Assembly: GCA_016235455.1 (NCBI GenBank)
Contig: JACRKZ010000008.1
Location: 1 to 64,000, forward strand
Length of the DNA: 64,000 nucleotides
From: Armatimonadota bacterium
GTDB taxonomy: Bacteria > Armatimonadota > UBA10988
Direction of reading: 5' to 3'
The notes beneath the pieces were generated by a model. It did not search any database and was not told the origin of the DNA. It saw only the letters and a program-made list of their open reading frames with translations. Position 1 is the stretch's first letter, and every line of letters starts with the position of its first letter. The translations under genes were made by a program, and so were the position numbers. This document shows, piece after piece, positions 9,102 to 19,642 of this stretch.

Positions 9102-11063
9102 ATGGTCACCTGCCTGCTGCTCTCTGCCCTGCTGGCGCCGGCCAACCTGGTCTACAACGGCGACTGCGAACTGCCCGCGCCTGTCGGGCCGCCACCCGGC
9201 TGGGCCATGTGGGGCGCCCAGCAGTTCAAGGTGCCGGCCAACTTCACCCGCGATGCCGCGGTGGCGCACAGCGGCGAGGCCAGCCTGCGCATCCATGAGC
9301 CGGCCGGCACCAAGGGCTACCTGGTCACCGATCCGGCCTACGCCATCCGCCCGGCCGAGGGCCTGGCCTATCGCGTGAGCTTCTGGGCGCGCAGCGACAA
9401 GCCCGGTGCGTCGGCCTTCTGGATCACCGGCTACCAGAGCATCGCGCCGTTCGCCGATGCGCCGTCACCCGGCTCCTGGCCCATCAACGTGGCGCCTGAG
9501 TGGCGCCGGTTCGAGTTCGTCGTGCGCGAAGGGCTCGACTTCTTCGCCGCGAGGAGCGCCTATCTGCTGCTCAGCTTCCGCGCCCAGGCTGCGGCCGGCG
9601 AGGAGCGCACGCTGTGGGTTGACGACCTGGCTGTCGTCGCCGAGGCCATGCCCAACGCCTTGCGCCTGGTCGACCCCGACACGCTGACGCTGCCGCCGCT
9701 GGACCACGGGCTGCAGCGCGGCGACCGGCTGGCCGTGACCGTTGACGCGGCGCGTCCGGTCCGGCCCACCAACCGCGGCGTCGGCGGCATCTCGTTCCAC
9801 CGGCTGGTGGGTTGGACCGGTCAGCCGTTCGACCGGTCGGGCGCCTACACGCTGGCACCCAAGCTCGAGCGCGCCATTGCCGACCTGAAGCTGCCCATGA
9901 CCCGGCTGTACGGCGTGGGCGACGAGCCGTTCGGCATCGAAGCCGCCCTCGACCGCGCCGCCGAGCTGTGCGCTCGGACCGGCGTCGCGCCGGCGCGCAC
10001 CATCCTCGAACTCGAGGATCAGGGCGCGGTGCGGCGCATCGATCCCGCAGTCTGGTCCCGGGCGGCGGCCTACAGCCGCGCCAAGGGGTATGGATTCAGG
10101 CTGTGGGAGGTCGGCAACGAGGTCTACTCGGGCCTGTGGCAGCCGGGGAAGATGGGCACCGCTTACGCCTCGCCAGAAGCCTACGCGGAGCAGGTCAAAG
10201 CCGTCCGCGACGCGGTGCGCGCCGCCCAGCCCGACGCCGAGATCGGCCTGAGCCTCAACTGGGACAACCAGGTCTGGGGCAACCGGCTGCTCAAGCTGGC
10301 CGCGGGTTCGTATGACTTCGTCTGCCCGCACTTCTACAACTTCGGCAACACCGAGCAGTGGCGCTTCGAAGACGTGGCCATCGCCGACAATCAGCGCCAG
10401 ATCGACCGTGCGCGCCGGCTGCTGGCGCTGGTCAAGCTCTACAACCCCGGCCGCGCCATCCCCATCGACGACACCGAATGGGGGCTGCACGGGTTTGACA
10501 GCAAGGGCTCGCGCGCCGACGACATCGTCCGCAACGCCAACGTCTGGGGGCTGCTGCATCGTGCGGTGCGCATGATCTACTACGCCCGGCTGGAGGGCGT
10601 TCGCGGCGCCAGCAGTTGGCAAATGCTCAACGCGGTGCAGTCGCCGGGCTTCGGCATCCTCAGCCAGCAGGCGCCCGACCAGCGGTTCGTGCTCTACTGG
10701 CTCTACTGGCACATGAACCGCGCGCTGCTCGACGAGGTAATGCCGACCCGCGGAACCGCGCCCTGGTATGGCGACAGCGGGCCACTGACGCCGGTGTTGG
10801 CCACGCGCGCGGCCGACGGCGGTCGCCTGGCGGTGGTCTGGGCCAACGCCGGTGCGACGCCGGTTGCCGCCGAACTGAACATCGACGGTGCCACCTATGC
10901 GCAGGCCGCGGGCGTCACGCTCAGCCAAAGCGACCTCGACGCGCCGCCGTTGCTGGCGCGCACTGAGGATCTGGAGCAGCCGCTGCGCGTGACGCGCGAC
11001 GGTGGGCGGTGGACTTGCACGCTGCCGGCACGGTCGGTGTCGTTCGCGCATCTCACGCGGTAG
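9102..11063 (+). CDS. Secreted clan GH-A glycoside hydrolase (GH39/44/51-like) with N-terminal CBM4/9-like domain
   Basis: Signal peptide; 'NLVYNGDCE..YRVSFWARS..LWVDDL' CBM-like; acid/base WEVGNE; nucleophile DTEW; C-terminal 'LPARSVS'. Confidence 0.7.
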   Translation: MVTCLLLSALLAPANLVYNGDCELPAPVGPPPGWAMWGAQQFKVPANFTRDAAVAHSGEASLRIHEPAGTKGYLVTDPAYAIRPAEGLAYRVSFWARSDKPGASAFWITGYQSIAPFADAPSPGSWPINVAPEWRRFEFVVREGLDFFAARSAYLLLSFRAQAAAGEERTLWVDDLAVVAEAMPNALRLVDPDTLTLPPLDHGLQRGDRLAVTVDAARPVRPTNRGVGGISFHRLVGWTGQPFDRSGAYTLAPKLERAIADLKLPMTRLYGVGDEPFGIEAALDRAAELCARTGVAPARTILELEDQGAVRRIDPAVWSRAAAYSRAKGYGFRLWEVGNEVYSGLWQPGKMGTAYASPEAYAEQVKAVRDAVRAAQPDAEIGLSLNWDNQVWGNRLLKLAAGSYDFVCPHFYNFGNTEQWRFEDVAIADNQRQIDRARRLLALVKLYNPGRAIPIDDTEWGLHGFDSKGSRADDIVRNANVWGLLHRAVRMIYYARLEGVRGASSWQMLNAVQSPGFGILSQQAPDQRFVLYWLYWHMNRALLDEVMPTRGTAPWYGDSGPLTPVLATRAADGGRLAVVWANAGATPVAAELNIDGATYAQAAGVTLSQSDLDAPPLLARTEDLEQPLRVTRDGGRWTCTLPARSVSFAHLTR

Positions 11064-11084
11064 GCGCGCGATCGGCGTTTGTCA

Positions 11085-11211
11085 GTGCCGGTACGCCAAT
11101 CTCCAGATTGGCATCGGCCGGAGGCGACGCCGCAGGTCGACACTGCGGCGATCCGGTGGCAAACGGTGGTCCTGCGGACCACTGCCAATCTGGACGTTGG
11201 CGTACCGGCAC
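11085..11211. repeat. REP-doublet-like inverted repeat between convergent genes
   Basis: GTGCCGGTACGCCAATCTCCAGATTGGCA (11085-11113) and TGCCAATCTGGACGTTGGCGTACCGGCAC (11183-11211), with two extra internal hairpins. Confidence 0.8.
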
Positions 11212-11239
11212 AGGCGGCGCTGATCGCGAGAGGCCAGCG

Positions 11240-12937
11240 TTACGGCCCGGCGGGCGCGGCTTTGGCCTTGGCGGGTGCCGGCGCCGGCGCCGGCGCGGCC
11301 TTGGTGTCGGCGGCCGGGGCGATGGCCTCCGCGCCGATGGCGGGCGTGCCGCGGACGATGAGCGCCTGCTTGGCCGCCTCGGCCACCAGCGGGTCGGCGT
11401 CGGTCTTGAGCTTCTCCAGCGCGGCCGTCGCCTTGGCGGCCCCGATCTCGCCCAGCGCGATGGTGCCGTTGACGCGGGCCAGCGAAGCGTTGCCGGCGGC
11501 GGTCAGGGCGACCAGCTCGGCCACCGGCGCCGGATCCATGCGCACCAGCGACTTGCGGGCATAGCGTGCCAACAGCGCATCCTGCCCGCCCAGCAAGGTG
11601 ATCAGCGGCGCGACGGCCGGCTTGCCCAGAAGGGCCAGGCCTTCCTGCGCGGCGTAGTTGACGCGCCAGTCCTTGTCGCTGAAGGCGGCCAGCAGGGCCG
11701 GTATGGCGTCGGCCGACTTGAGCTCGCCCAGCGCCCGTGCGGCGCGCTGGCGGACGATGATGGCCGGGTCCTTGGCCAGGCGCCCCGCGATGGCGGGAAT
11801 GGTCGACGGGTTGCCGATGCGCCCGAGGGCGAACACCGCGGAGCCGCGCGTGCCCTCATCGGCGGCGTTGCAGGCGGACTGGATGGCGGCCAGCGAGGCA
11901 GCGTCGGCGGGCGCCAGGCGGCCCAGCGCCGAGGCGGCCTGCTCGCGCACCTTGTCCACGGAGTCGTTGAGCGCGACGATGAGCGTCGGCACCGCGGCCT
12001 GGTCGCTGATCTGGCCGAGCGACACGGCAGCGGCCTCGCGGATCTCGCGGTCCTTGTCGGCCATCTTGGCCACCAGCGGCACGGTCGCCACCTTGTCGTG
12101 GACCTTGCCCACGGCGTAGGTGGCGGCCAGACGCACGAGCCGGTTGTCATCGTCGATGTTCTTGAGCAGCGGCTTGGCGGCAGCCTTGTCACCGATCTCA
12201 CCCAGCGCCTCGCAGGCGTGCTGGCGAGTGAAAGCGTCCTTGTTGCCCAGCGCCGTGATGAGCGGCTTGACCGCGGCCTCCTGCATGGCCACCAGGGCGT
12301 CGCGGCAGGCCAGACGGACTTCCTCTTCCTTGGCGGCGAGCGCGCCCACCAGGCCGTCGATGGCGCGGGGCGACTTGAGCTTGCCTATGGCGCCGGCACA
12401 GCCGATCTTCTGGCTCGGGCTGCCGCCGCTGATGGCGTCGATCATCTCCGGCACGGCCACTTCGCCGATGGCCTGGAGCGCCAGGCTGGCGTTGGAGCGG
12501 ACGTCCTTGTCCGGGCTGGTCAGCGCCACGTCGATCAGCGGGCGCACCGCGGGCTTGCCCATGCGGCGCAGCGCATCGGCGGCGGTGGCCCGCACCGGCA
12601 GTTCGAGGTCGGAGAGGAACTCGACCATGGCCCCAGCGGCGGCTTCGGCCATGGGGATATGGTGGTCCTCGACCGCGACGATGGTGCGGTCTGCGGCGAA
12701 CACCTGGGCGGTGCGGATGGCCTGCTTCTTGGCCTGGTCGGGCCGGTCCTTGAAGATGCGCGCCAAGCGCTTCTTGACGATCAGTCCGCGCGCGGCGTCA
12801 AGTGATCGTGGCGTGGCCACCTCATGGGCGATGGTGCGCGCCAGCTTGGTGTAGTGCGCCGAGCGCCCCACCATCAAGCCGATGAGCACAATGACAATCA
12901 GGATAGTGACCCGCGTGGACGTGGACCAGTTCTTCAT
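11240..12937 (-). CDS. Membrane-anchored HEAT/PBS-lyase-like repeat protein
   Basis: N-terminal hydrophobic helix, then more than 10 repeats of the type 'D.D..VR..AA.ALG.IG...AV..LI.AL'. Confidence 0.85.
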   Translation of the reverse strand: MKNWSTSTRVTILIVIVLIGLMVGRSAHYTKLARTIAHEVATPRSLDAARGLIVKKRLARIFKDRPDQAKKQAIRTAQVFAADRTIVAVEDHHIPMAEAAAGAMVEFLSDLELPVRATAADALRRMGKPAVRPLIDVALTSPDKDVRSNASLALQAIGEVAVPEMIDAISGGSPSQKIGCAGAIGKLKSPRAIDGLVGALAAKEEEVRLACRDALVAMQEAAVKPLITALGNKDAFTRQHACEALGEIGDKAAAKPLLKNIDDDNRLVRLAATYAVGKVHDKVATVPLVAKMADKDREIREAAAVSLGQISDQAAVPTLIVALNDSVDKVREQAASALGRLAPADAASLAAIQSACNAADEGTRGSAVFALGRIGNPSTIPAIAGRLAKDPAIIVRQRAARALGELKSADAIPALLAAFSDKDWRVNYAAQEGLALLGKPAVAPLITLLGGQDALLARYARKSLVRMDPAPVAELVALTAAGNASLARVNGTIALGEIGAAKATAALEKLKTDADPLVAEAAKQALIVRGTPAIGAEAIAPAADTKAAPAPAPAPAKAKAAPAGP

Positions 12938-13049
12938 CCAGGCACCTCGGAAGCGGCCCGCGCGCAGGCCGACGCCACACGCTAGGCGCGGCCATTCTAG
13001 CCGAGCGCGGAAGGCGATGTCAAGCCGAGTCGCCAGCCGGCCCGCTCCG

Positions 13050-14153
13050 CTAGGGAGCAGCCAGCCGGAAGGGCGCCATGGTCGGCGACCAGGCGCCGCC
13101 CGACAGGCGCGTCTGGCACCAGTACACACCGGCCGCCGGCGCCGGCGTGCCCGGCGGCAGAGCCAACGCGCGGCCGCCTCGGCTGGTGGCGGTGAGCACG
13201 GGCCGCTCGCCCGCGGCGTCCGCGGTCAGCCGCAGCTCCCACGGCCCGCCGGGGTCGGCCGTGAGCGTGACCTGCAGCGGCCACCGCGCGGTGATCGGCC
13301 CGATGGGCGCATTGGCCACGACCAGGTCGTCGAACCAGCGCCGCTGGAGCCGGGGCGAGCCGTCATTCCAGTAGTTCTCGAAGAACACGGCGTTGAGCGC
13401 GTACTCGCGCCAGGTGCCATGGAAATCCAGACCCTCACGCCGAGCCTGGGGCTTGCCGTCGAGCCACAGCTCGAACAGCCCGTCGCGCCCGCCGGGCGTG
13501 TTGAGCCGCACATGGGCCTCGACGCACCACCAGCGCCCAGACTCGGCGGTGGCGAAGAAGGGCGTCGCGCCTTGGCCGACGCCCAGCCAGCGCAGGTTCG
13601 CGAAGTCGTTGTAGCGCGTGCTGCGCTTGGTCGAGTCCGTGATGCCGCTGGCCGGATCGAGGCACAGGCAGTCGCCACGGCCGCCCCACACATGCGCCAT
13701 CAGGCCCTGGCTCCAGTCGCGGCCGGCCATGCACAGCGCGCGCGACAGCTTGGCCGGATTGCCGCGCCAGCCGGGCTCATGGCGCACATACTGCCGCCAC
13801 CAGATCTCGTTGAAGGCCTCATCGTGTCGCGGGCCGCGTCCCCATGGGTTGAGCCCGAAGACGACCTTCACGCCGCCGGCCTCGACCTGGCCCGGCTGCC
13901 AGGTGATGCGCAGTGACGACTTGCCGGTCAGCGCCGAGTCGGTGGCCGGCACACAACCGCCGTTGTTGTCGCTGTACTCGAAGCAGCGCGCGCGCAGATC
14001 GGGCTGCTCGAAGCTCTCGTACCAGATGGTGGCCGGGTCGGTGGCCGCCGGTTGCGAGTCGGCCGCCAGCACCGACTCGACGCGCGGCGCCTCCTGGGCC
14101 CGGCCCAGCGTGCACAGGCACAGCAGTATCAGCAGGGGTCGGATGGCGTCCAT
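13050..14153 (-). CDS. Secreted ConA-like/polysaccharide-lyase-like hypothetical protein
   Basis: Signal peptide MDAIRPLLILLCLCTLGRA; 'GRWWCVEAHVRLNTPGGRDGLFELWLDG..WFDDLVVA' resembles the PL14-like jelly roll. Confidence 0.55.
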   Translation of the reverse strand: MDAIRPLLILLCLCTLGRAQEAPRVESVLAADSQPAATDPATIWYESFEQPDLRARCFEYSDNNGGCVPATDSALTGKSSLRITWQPGQVEAGGVKVVFGLNPWGRGPRHDEAFNEIWWRQYVRHEPGWRGNPAKLSRALCMAGRDWSQGLMAHVWGGRGDCLCLDPASGITDSTKRSTRYNDFANLRWLGVGQGATPFFATAESGRWWCVEAHVRLNTPGGRDGLFELWLDGKPQARREGLDFHGTWREYALNAVFFENYWNDGSPRLQRRWFDDLVVANAPIGPITARWPLQVTLTADPGGPWELRLTADAAGERPVLTATSRGGRALALPPGTPAPAAGVYWCQTRLSGGAWSPTMAPFRLAAP

Positions 14154-14296
14154 GGGGTCTCCACAGCGGTATTGTGGCCGCGCCCGACGTGGGCCGCAAG
14201 CGCCCCTGCGATTTGCGGAGTGAGTGCTATGATGCCGTGAAAGGAATATGAGCACGGTGGGTTCTACCCAGCAGAGGCCCGTAGAGGAGCTGCTCG

Positions 14297-15469
14297 ATGT
14301 TGTTCCAACCACCCGTCCCGGAGGCGTATCTGCGGTTGCCGGCCGCCGAGCTGCATGAGCGCATCGCGGCCGCCAAGGCCGAACTCGGCGCTCGCCTGAC
14401 GATTCTGGGTCACCACTACCAGCGCGACGACGTCATCCGCTACGCCGACTTCACCGGGGACTCGCTCAAGCTGGCTCAGCTTTCCATGTCGCGGCCCGAG
14501 GCCGACTTCATTGTCTTCTGCGGCGTGCACTTCATGGCCGAAGGCGCCGACATCCTGGCCCGGCCCGGCCAGCAGGTGCTGCTGCCCGACCTGGGCGCCG
14601 GCTGCTCCATGGCGGATATGGCCGGCATCGAGGACGTCGAAGAGTGCTGGGACGCGCTACGCTCGCTGTGCCCGAGCAGCACGCTCGTGCCCATGACCTA
14701 TGTCAACAGCGCCGCCTCGCTCAAGGCACTCGTGGGGCACAACGACGGTTGTTGCTGCACCTCGGGCAACGCCGACAGCGTCATCGGCTGGGCGCTGAAC
14801 CGCGCGGCCGGCGACCACGACGGCTGCCGCGACAAGCTCGTCTTCTTCCCCGACCAGCACCTGGGCCGCAACACCTGCTACAAGCTGGGCGTGCCGCTCG
14901 ACCAGATGGTCATCTGGGATCCGACGCAGGAACTCGGCGGCAACAGCCCTGAAGCGTTGCGCCGGGCACGCGTCGTGCTGTGGAAGGGCCATTGCAGCGT
15001 GCACACGCGCATGACCACGGAGCATGTCCGGCAGGTGCGCGCGGAGTATCCAGGCGTCAAGGTCATCGTCCACCCCGAGTGTCCGTTCGACACGGTGCAG
15101 GCGGCGGACCTGGCCGGCTCCACCGAGTTCATCATCAAGCACATCAAGGAAGCCGAGCCCGGCACGATCTGGGCCGTGGGCACAGAGATCCACCTGGTTC
15201 AGCGCCTGGCCCGCCAGCATCCCGAGCAGACCATCGTCAGCCTGGACGACTGCCGCTGCCAATGCGCCACGATGTTCCGCATCAGCCCGCAACACCTGGC
15301 CTGGATGCTCGAGGAACTCGTCGCCGGCCGCGTGCACAACCGCATCACCGTGGACCAGGAGACGGCCCACTGGGCGCGCAAGTCGCTGGACCGCATGTTG
15401 GAGCTGTCGCCCATGCCCACGGCCGCGCCGGCGCCGCGCCGGCAGCAGGAGCTGGTGCCGGGGGCGTGA
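14297..15469 (+). CDS. nadA: Quinolinate synthase
   Basis: ILGHHYQ, GDSLKLA, FCGVHFMAE, GCSMA, YVNS, CTSGNA, PDQHLGRN, HCSVH, HPEC, GSTEFII. Confidence 0.95.
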   Translation: MLFQPPVPEAYLRLPAAELHERIAAAKAELGARLTILGHHYQRDDVIRYADFTGDSLKLAQLSMSRPEADFIVFCGVHFMAEGADILARPGQQVLLPDLGAGCSMADMAGIEDVEECWDALRSLCPSSTLVPMTYVNSAASLKALVGHNDGCCCTSGNADSVIGWALNRAAGDHDGCRDKLVFFPDQHLGRNTCYKLGVPLDQMVIWDPTQELGGNSPEALRRARVVLWKGHCSVHTRMTTEHVRQVRAEYPGVKVIVHPECPFDTVQAADLAGSTEFIIKHIKEAEPGTIWAVGTEIHLVQRLARQHPEQTIVSLDDCRCQCATMFRISPQHLAWMLEELVAGRVHNRITVDQETAHWARKSLDRMLELSPMPTAAPAPRRQQELVPGA

Positions 15470-15521
15470 TGGGCGACTGTCCGAGTGGCGGGCGTGTCCC
15501 TCGTGGCGGCGCCTTGGCCGG

Positions 15522-15944
15522 CTATCGGCCCAAGGCTGCGTTGACGGCATCCAGGAGCTCGCGCCGCGTGAATGGCTTCTCCAGCAGGGCCACGTTGCGG
15601 TCGGCCGTGTCGAGGCTGTGGACGATGTCGGCTGCGTAGCCGGACATCAGAACACATGCGGCGCACGGAGCCGTCTCTCGCAAGGCCTCAGCGAGCACGA
15701 AGCCGTTGATGTCCGGCATCATCACGTCGGAGATCAGCAGATTAATGGCGCCCCGGTGCCGGCTCGCCAGGGCTAGCGCGTCGCGGGGCGATGTCGTCGC
15801 CAGCACGTTGTGCCCGGCCCGCCTCAGGAACAGCGCCACCATCATCACAATCGGCTCCTCATCATCGACCAGCAGGATGGTTGCCGCGCACGGCGGCTCC
15901 AACTCCTGGCCCGGATCCTCCTCGATGGTGATGTGTTCCGGCAT
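15522..15944 (-). CDS. Stand-alone response regulator (REC)
   Basis: ILLVDDE, ISDVMMPDING, MSGY, EKPF. Confidence 0.88.
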   Translation of the reverse strand: MPEHITIEEDPGQELEPPCAATILLVDDEEPIVMMVALFLRRAGHNVLATTSPRDALALASRHRGAINLLISDVMMPDINGFVLAEALRETAPCAACVLMSGYAADIVHSLDTADRNVALLEKPFTRRELLDAVNAALGR

Positions 15945-16142
15945 GGCGTCTGTCCGGCCACCTCGGCACCTGGTCCTCTCGGCCCGGCCCGAGGTCGCGA
16001 TGTACGGTATGTACCTCCCAGATCCAAAGATCCCCCTAAGGCCAGGCTCCCCTCCGGCGCGCGCGTAGGCGCCTGGCCCCCCAACGACCGCGGCCCCCGC
16101 CGTGGCGAGGGGCGCGGCCGGACCGGCGTGAACCAGCGCGCC

Positions 16143-17495
16143 TCAGAACAGGTAGTCCGTGTTCGCGATGTAGGGCGCGAGCAGGCTCGGGTCAGCGACC
16201 ACCGCCGAGTAGAGGAACGGCGTGCTGCAGGTGGTGAAGTCGAAGGCCGTGCCATCGGCATACCGGCCCGACAGGATCGACTTGCGCAGCGCGGTCAGCG
16301 CGGTCCGTTGGCTGGTCGTCAGCGACCGGCCGACCTGGGCGAAGACCGTGGCGTAGGTGCCGTTGTTGGCGCCGTCCAGGTCGCCGTAGGTGCCCGAAAG
16401 CGCCAGCACCTGCGCCTTGACGCTCGCCGCCGAGCTGGGCGAGGTGATCAGACCGCGCAGCAGCCCGGCGATCTGCCTGCGCGTGGCCACGATGTTGGTC
16501 AGGTTGGTGCGCTGCGTGTCCACCAGACCCGACACCAGCGCGGCCTGCGCCGCGGTCACGTAGCCCTTGCTGCTGTCGCACAGCGCCGCGCCCGCGGTGG
16601 CGGTCAGTTGCTCGTTGATGCTGTAGCCCTCATGACCGACCGCCGGCGCGTCCTTCAGGTAGAACGAGCCGAAGTAGGTGCCGTGGCGCTCGGGGCAGAA
16701 GTAGACGTCAGCGTCGAGCGAGCCCGCGTACCAGCTGAACAGATCGCTGGCGTAGGTCATCACCGCCACAGCTGTGCCCTGGGGCAGGCTGGCCATCTTG
16801 TCGCGCACCTTGTCGCTGGTGATGTTGGGCCAGGCGTTGAAGCCACGGCCCTTCATCGCGTCCAGATACGCGCGCTGGGCCGTGGTCAGCGAACCCAGCA
16901 CCTGGGCGTAGAGCACCGCCCGGTCGAAGCTGATCTGACCGTCGATCAGGTACAACTCGCGGGACGCGGCCCGGACGGCCGCCAGGTCGAGCCCGGTGGC
17001 GCCGGCGGGCAGGTTGCCATCGACCAGCCGCCGGAAGGCCTGCATCAGCGGGTAGCGCCGGAGGCCGTAGAGGTCGATCTGGGACTGCTGGGCCGTGGCC
17101 AGCGTCTTGAGCTGGGCGAACTGCGTCGTGTTCAGCGTGTAGATCACGTTGTTGGCCACGCGGGTCAGGAAGCTCGTGTTGTGGCCCATGTGGTCCGGGT
17201 CGTTGTCGCGCAGATACTGGAAGCCGGTGTAGTCGGCCACCTTGCCCGGCGGGAAGAACGACTGCGCGGCCAGGTTGCCCGTCAGCATGGCCAGCGCGTC
17301 GAAGGCCAGCGTGGTGCGTTGGGCGCCGTCGGAGAGAGTCTGTTCGACCGTGTACTCCGCCGGCACGCCGCTGCCCCCGGGGCTGGAGCCGTCAGCACTG
17401 GTCGTCGTGCTGCTGCTGCCACACCCAACCATCGCGCCCAAGAGGCCGGCGCCAACCGCAATCCTGCGGAGCCTGCAAGTCGTGGTGGCTGTCAT
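16143..17495 (-). CDS. Putative lipoprotein with two tandem Spy/CpxP-like (LTxxQ) helical domains
   Basis: Lipobox-like AMVG-C followed by an S/T/G linker; motifs LNTTQ, LTTAQ, VTAAQ, LTTSQ; internal two-fold repeat. Confidence 0.6.
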   Translation of the reverse strand: MTATTTCRLRRIAVGAGLLGAMVGCGSSSTTTSADGSSPGGSGVPAEYTVEQTLSDGAQRTTLAFDALAMLTGNLAAQSFFPPGKVADYTGFQYLRDNDPDHMGHNTSFLTRVANNVIYTLNTTQFAQLKTLATAQQSQIDLYGLRRYPLMQAFRRLVDGNLPAGATGLDLAAVRAASRELYLIDGQISFDRAVLYAQVLGSLTTAQRAYLDAMKGRGFNAWPNITSDKVRDKMASLPQGTAVAVMTYASDLFSWYAGSLDADVYFCPERHGTYFGSFYLKDAPAVGHEGYSINEQLTATAGAALCDSSKGYVTAAQAALVSGLVDTQRTNLTNIVATRRQIAGLLRGLITSPSSAASVKAQVLALSGTYGDLDGANNGTYATVFAQVGRSLTTSQRTALTALRKSILSGRYADGTAFDFTTCSTPFLYSAVVADPSLLAPYIANTDYLF

Positions 17496-17695
17496 TGTCC
17501 TTCTCCTTCGGTGGTGTCCGTGCGCCCGCTCCGCTGCACGCGGGCCCACGCCGGGCACCCTCGAACAGACAACTACCCGCCAAACCCAAGGAAATGCCGA
17601 AGGCCAGCCGGCCCGCTGGCCGCGCTGGCCGCTTAAGGAATCCCTCAGGATGCGGGGGCATAAGCCACGTCGACAGTGCCCGAAGAAGGAGATTG

Positions 17696-18403
<708 letters not shown>

Positions 18404-18442
18404 GGACCGCGCCTGATCCAGCAATGGTCCCACCAGCCGGGC

Positions 18443-18483
18443 AAGGCCGCGGGGCGACCCGTCGCGGGTCGCCCCGCGGCCTT
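18443..18483. terminator. Probable bidirectional terminator between convergent DUF1559 gene and prfB
   Basis: Perfect 19-bp stem AAGGCCGCGGGGCGACCCG, loop TCG, CGGGTCGCCCCGCGGCCTT. Confidence 0.7.
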
Positions 18484-18502
18484 TGGGTCTCGCCACACCG
18501 CG

Positions 18503-19624
18503 CTAGGCGTGCTCGCCGGCGTTCTGCCGCAGGTACGCTTCGATGAAGCGGTCCAAGTCGCCGTCCAATACGCCGTCGGTGTCGCCAGTCTCGACATTGG
18601 TGCGCAGGTCCTTGACCATGCGGTACGGCGCCAGCACGTAGTTGCGCGTCTGGTTGCCCCAGGCGAAGTCTTCGACCTTGCCGCGCAGGTCTTCCAGGCG
18701 CTCGGCCTTCTGGCGCACCATGATCTCGTAGATCTTGGCCTTCAGCACCGACATGGCCGAGGCCCGGTTCTTGTGCTGGCTGCGCTCGTTCTGGCAGCTC
18801 ACGACGATGGGCTTGTCGAAGCCGGGCAGTTGGTAGGTCAGGCGCACCGCGCTGTCGGTCTTGTTGACATGCTGCCCGCCGGCGCCGCTGGCGCGGTAGG
18901 TGTCCACGCGCAGGTACTGCTCGTCGATCTCGACGTCGATCTCGTCGGCCACGTCGGGAATGACCACCACGCCGGCGAAGCTGGTCTGGCGCCGGGCATT
19001 GGAGTCGAACGGACTGATGCGCACCAGGCGATGCACACCGCCCTCACCCCGCAGCAGCCCGTAGGCGTTGCGGCCCTTGACCTTGATGGTCGCCGAGCGC
19101 ACGCCGGCCTCTTCGGCCTCGGCGTACTCGAGGATCTCATAGGTGAACTTCTGCCGCTCGGCGTAGCGCGTGAACATGCGCAGCAGCATCTCGGTCCAGT
19201 CGCTGGCGTCGGTGCCGCCCGCGCCGACCGCCAACTGCAGGATGGCGTCGTGATCGTCATACGGTCCGCTGAGCATGGCCGCGACCTCGAGCTTGCCCAG
19301 TTCGGCCTCGCAGGCCAGTACCTCGGCTTCGGCCTCGGCCGCAGTTTCCTCGTCGTCGCCGGCCTCCTCGGCCAGATCGATGAGCACCGTGTTGTCCTCC
19401 AGCCGGCTGAGCAACTGGTCCCACGGCTCCACGCCGGCCTTCTCCTTGCTGAGGGCGCGCAGCGAATCCTGGGCCTTCTGCTGGTCGTCCCAGAAGCCCG
19501 GCTGCTCGGTCTGCGCCGTCAACTCCAGAATGCGCACGCGCTTGTCTTCGAGGCCGAGGTAGCCAGCCATCTCGCCCGCGCGCTTGGCCAGCGCCGCCTG
19601 CCGTGACCTCAGATCGTCGAGCAT
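18503..19624 (-). CDS. prfB: Peptide chain release factor 2, single uninterrupted ORF
   Basis: SPF motif (RISPFDS), GGQ (GAGGQHVN), WGNQTRNYV; no internal CTT-TGA site. Confidence 0.95.
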   Translation of the reverse strand: MLDDLRSRQAALAKRAGEMAGYLGLEDKRVRILELTAQTEQPGFWDDQQKAQDSLRALSKEKAGVEPWDQLLSRLEDNTVLIDLAEEAGDDEETAAEAEAEVLACEAELGKLEVAAMLSGPYDDHDAILQLAVGAGGTDASDWTEMLLRMFTRYAERQKFTYEILEYAEAEEAGVRSATIKVKGRNAYGLLRGEGGVHRLVRISPFDSNARRQTSFAGVVVIPDVADEIDVEIDEQYLRVDTYRASGAGGQHVNKTDSAVRLTYQLPGFDKPIVVSCQNERSQHKNRASAMSVLKAKIYEIMVRQKAERLEDLRGKVEDFAWGNQTRNYVLAPYRMVKDLRTNVETGDTDGVLDGDLDRFIEAYLRQNAGEHA

Positions 19625-19642
19625 ATCGTCCTCTGTCTCTTC

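Noticed and set aside
2571-11211. CRISPR array or tRNA in the palindromic regions
   Set aside because: There are no regularly spaced direct repeats with unique spacers, no cas genes, and no T-loop/D-loop consensus in the cloverleaf-like 11.1-kb element.
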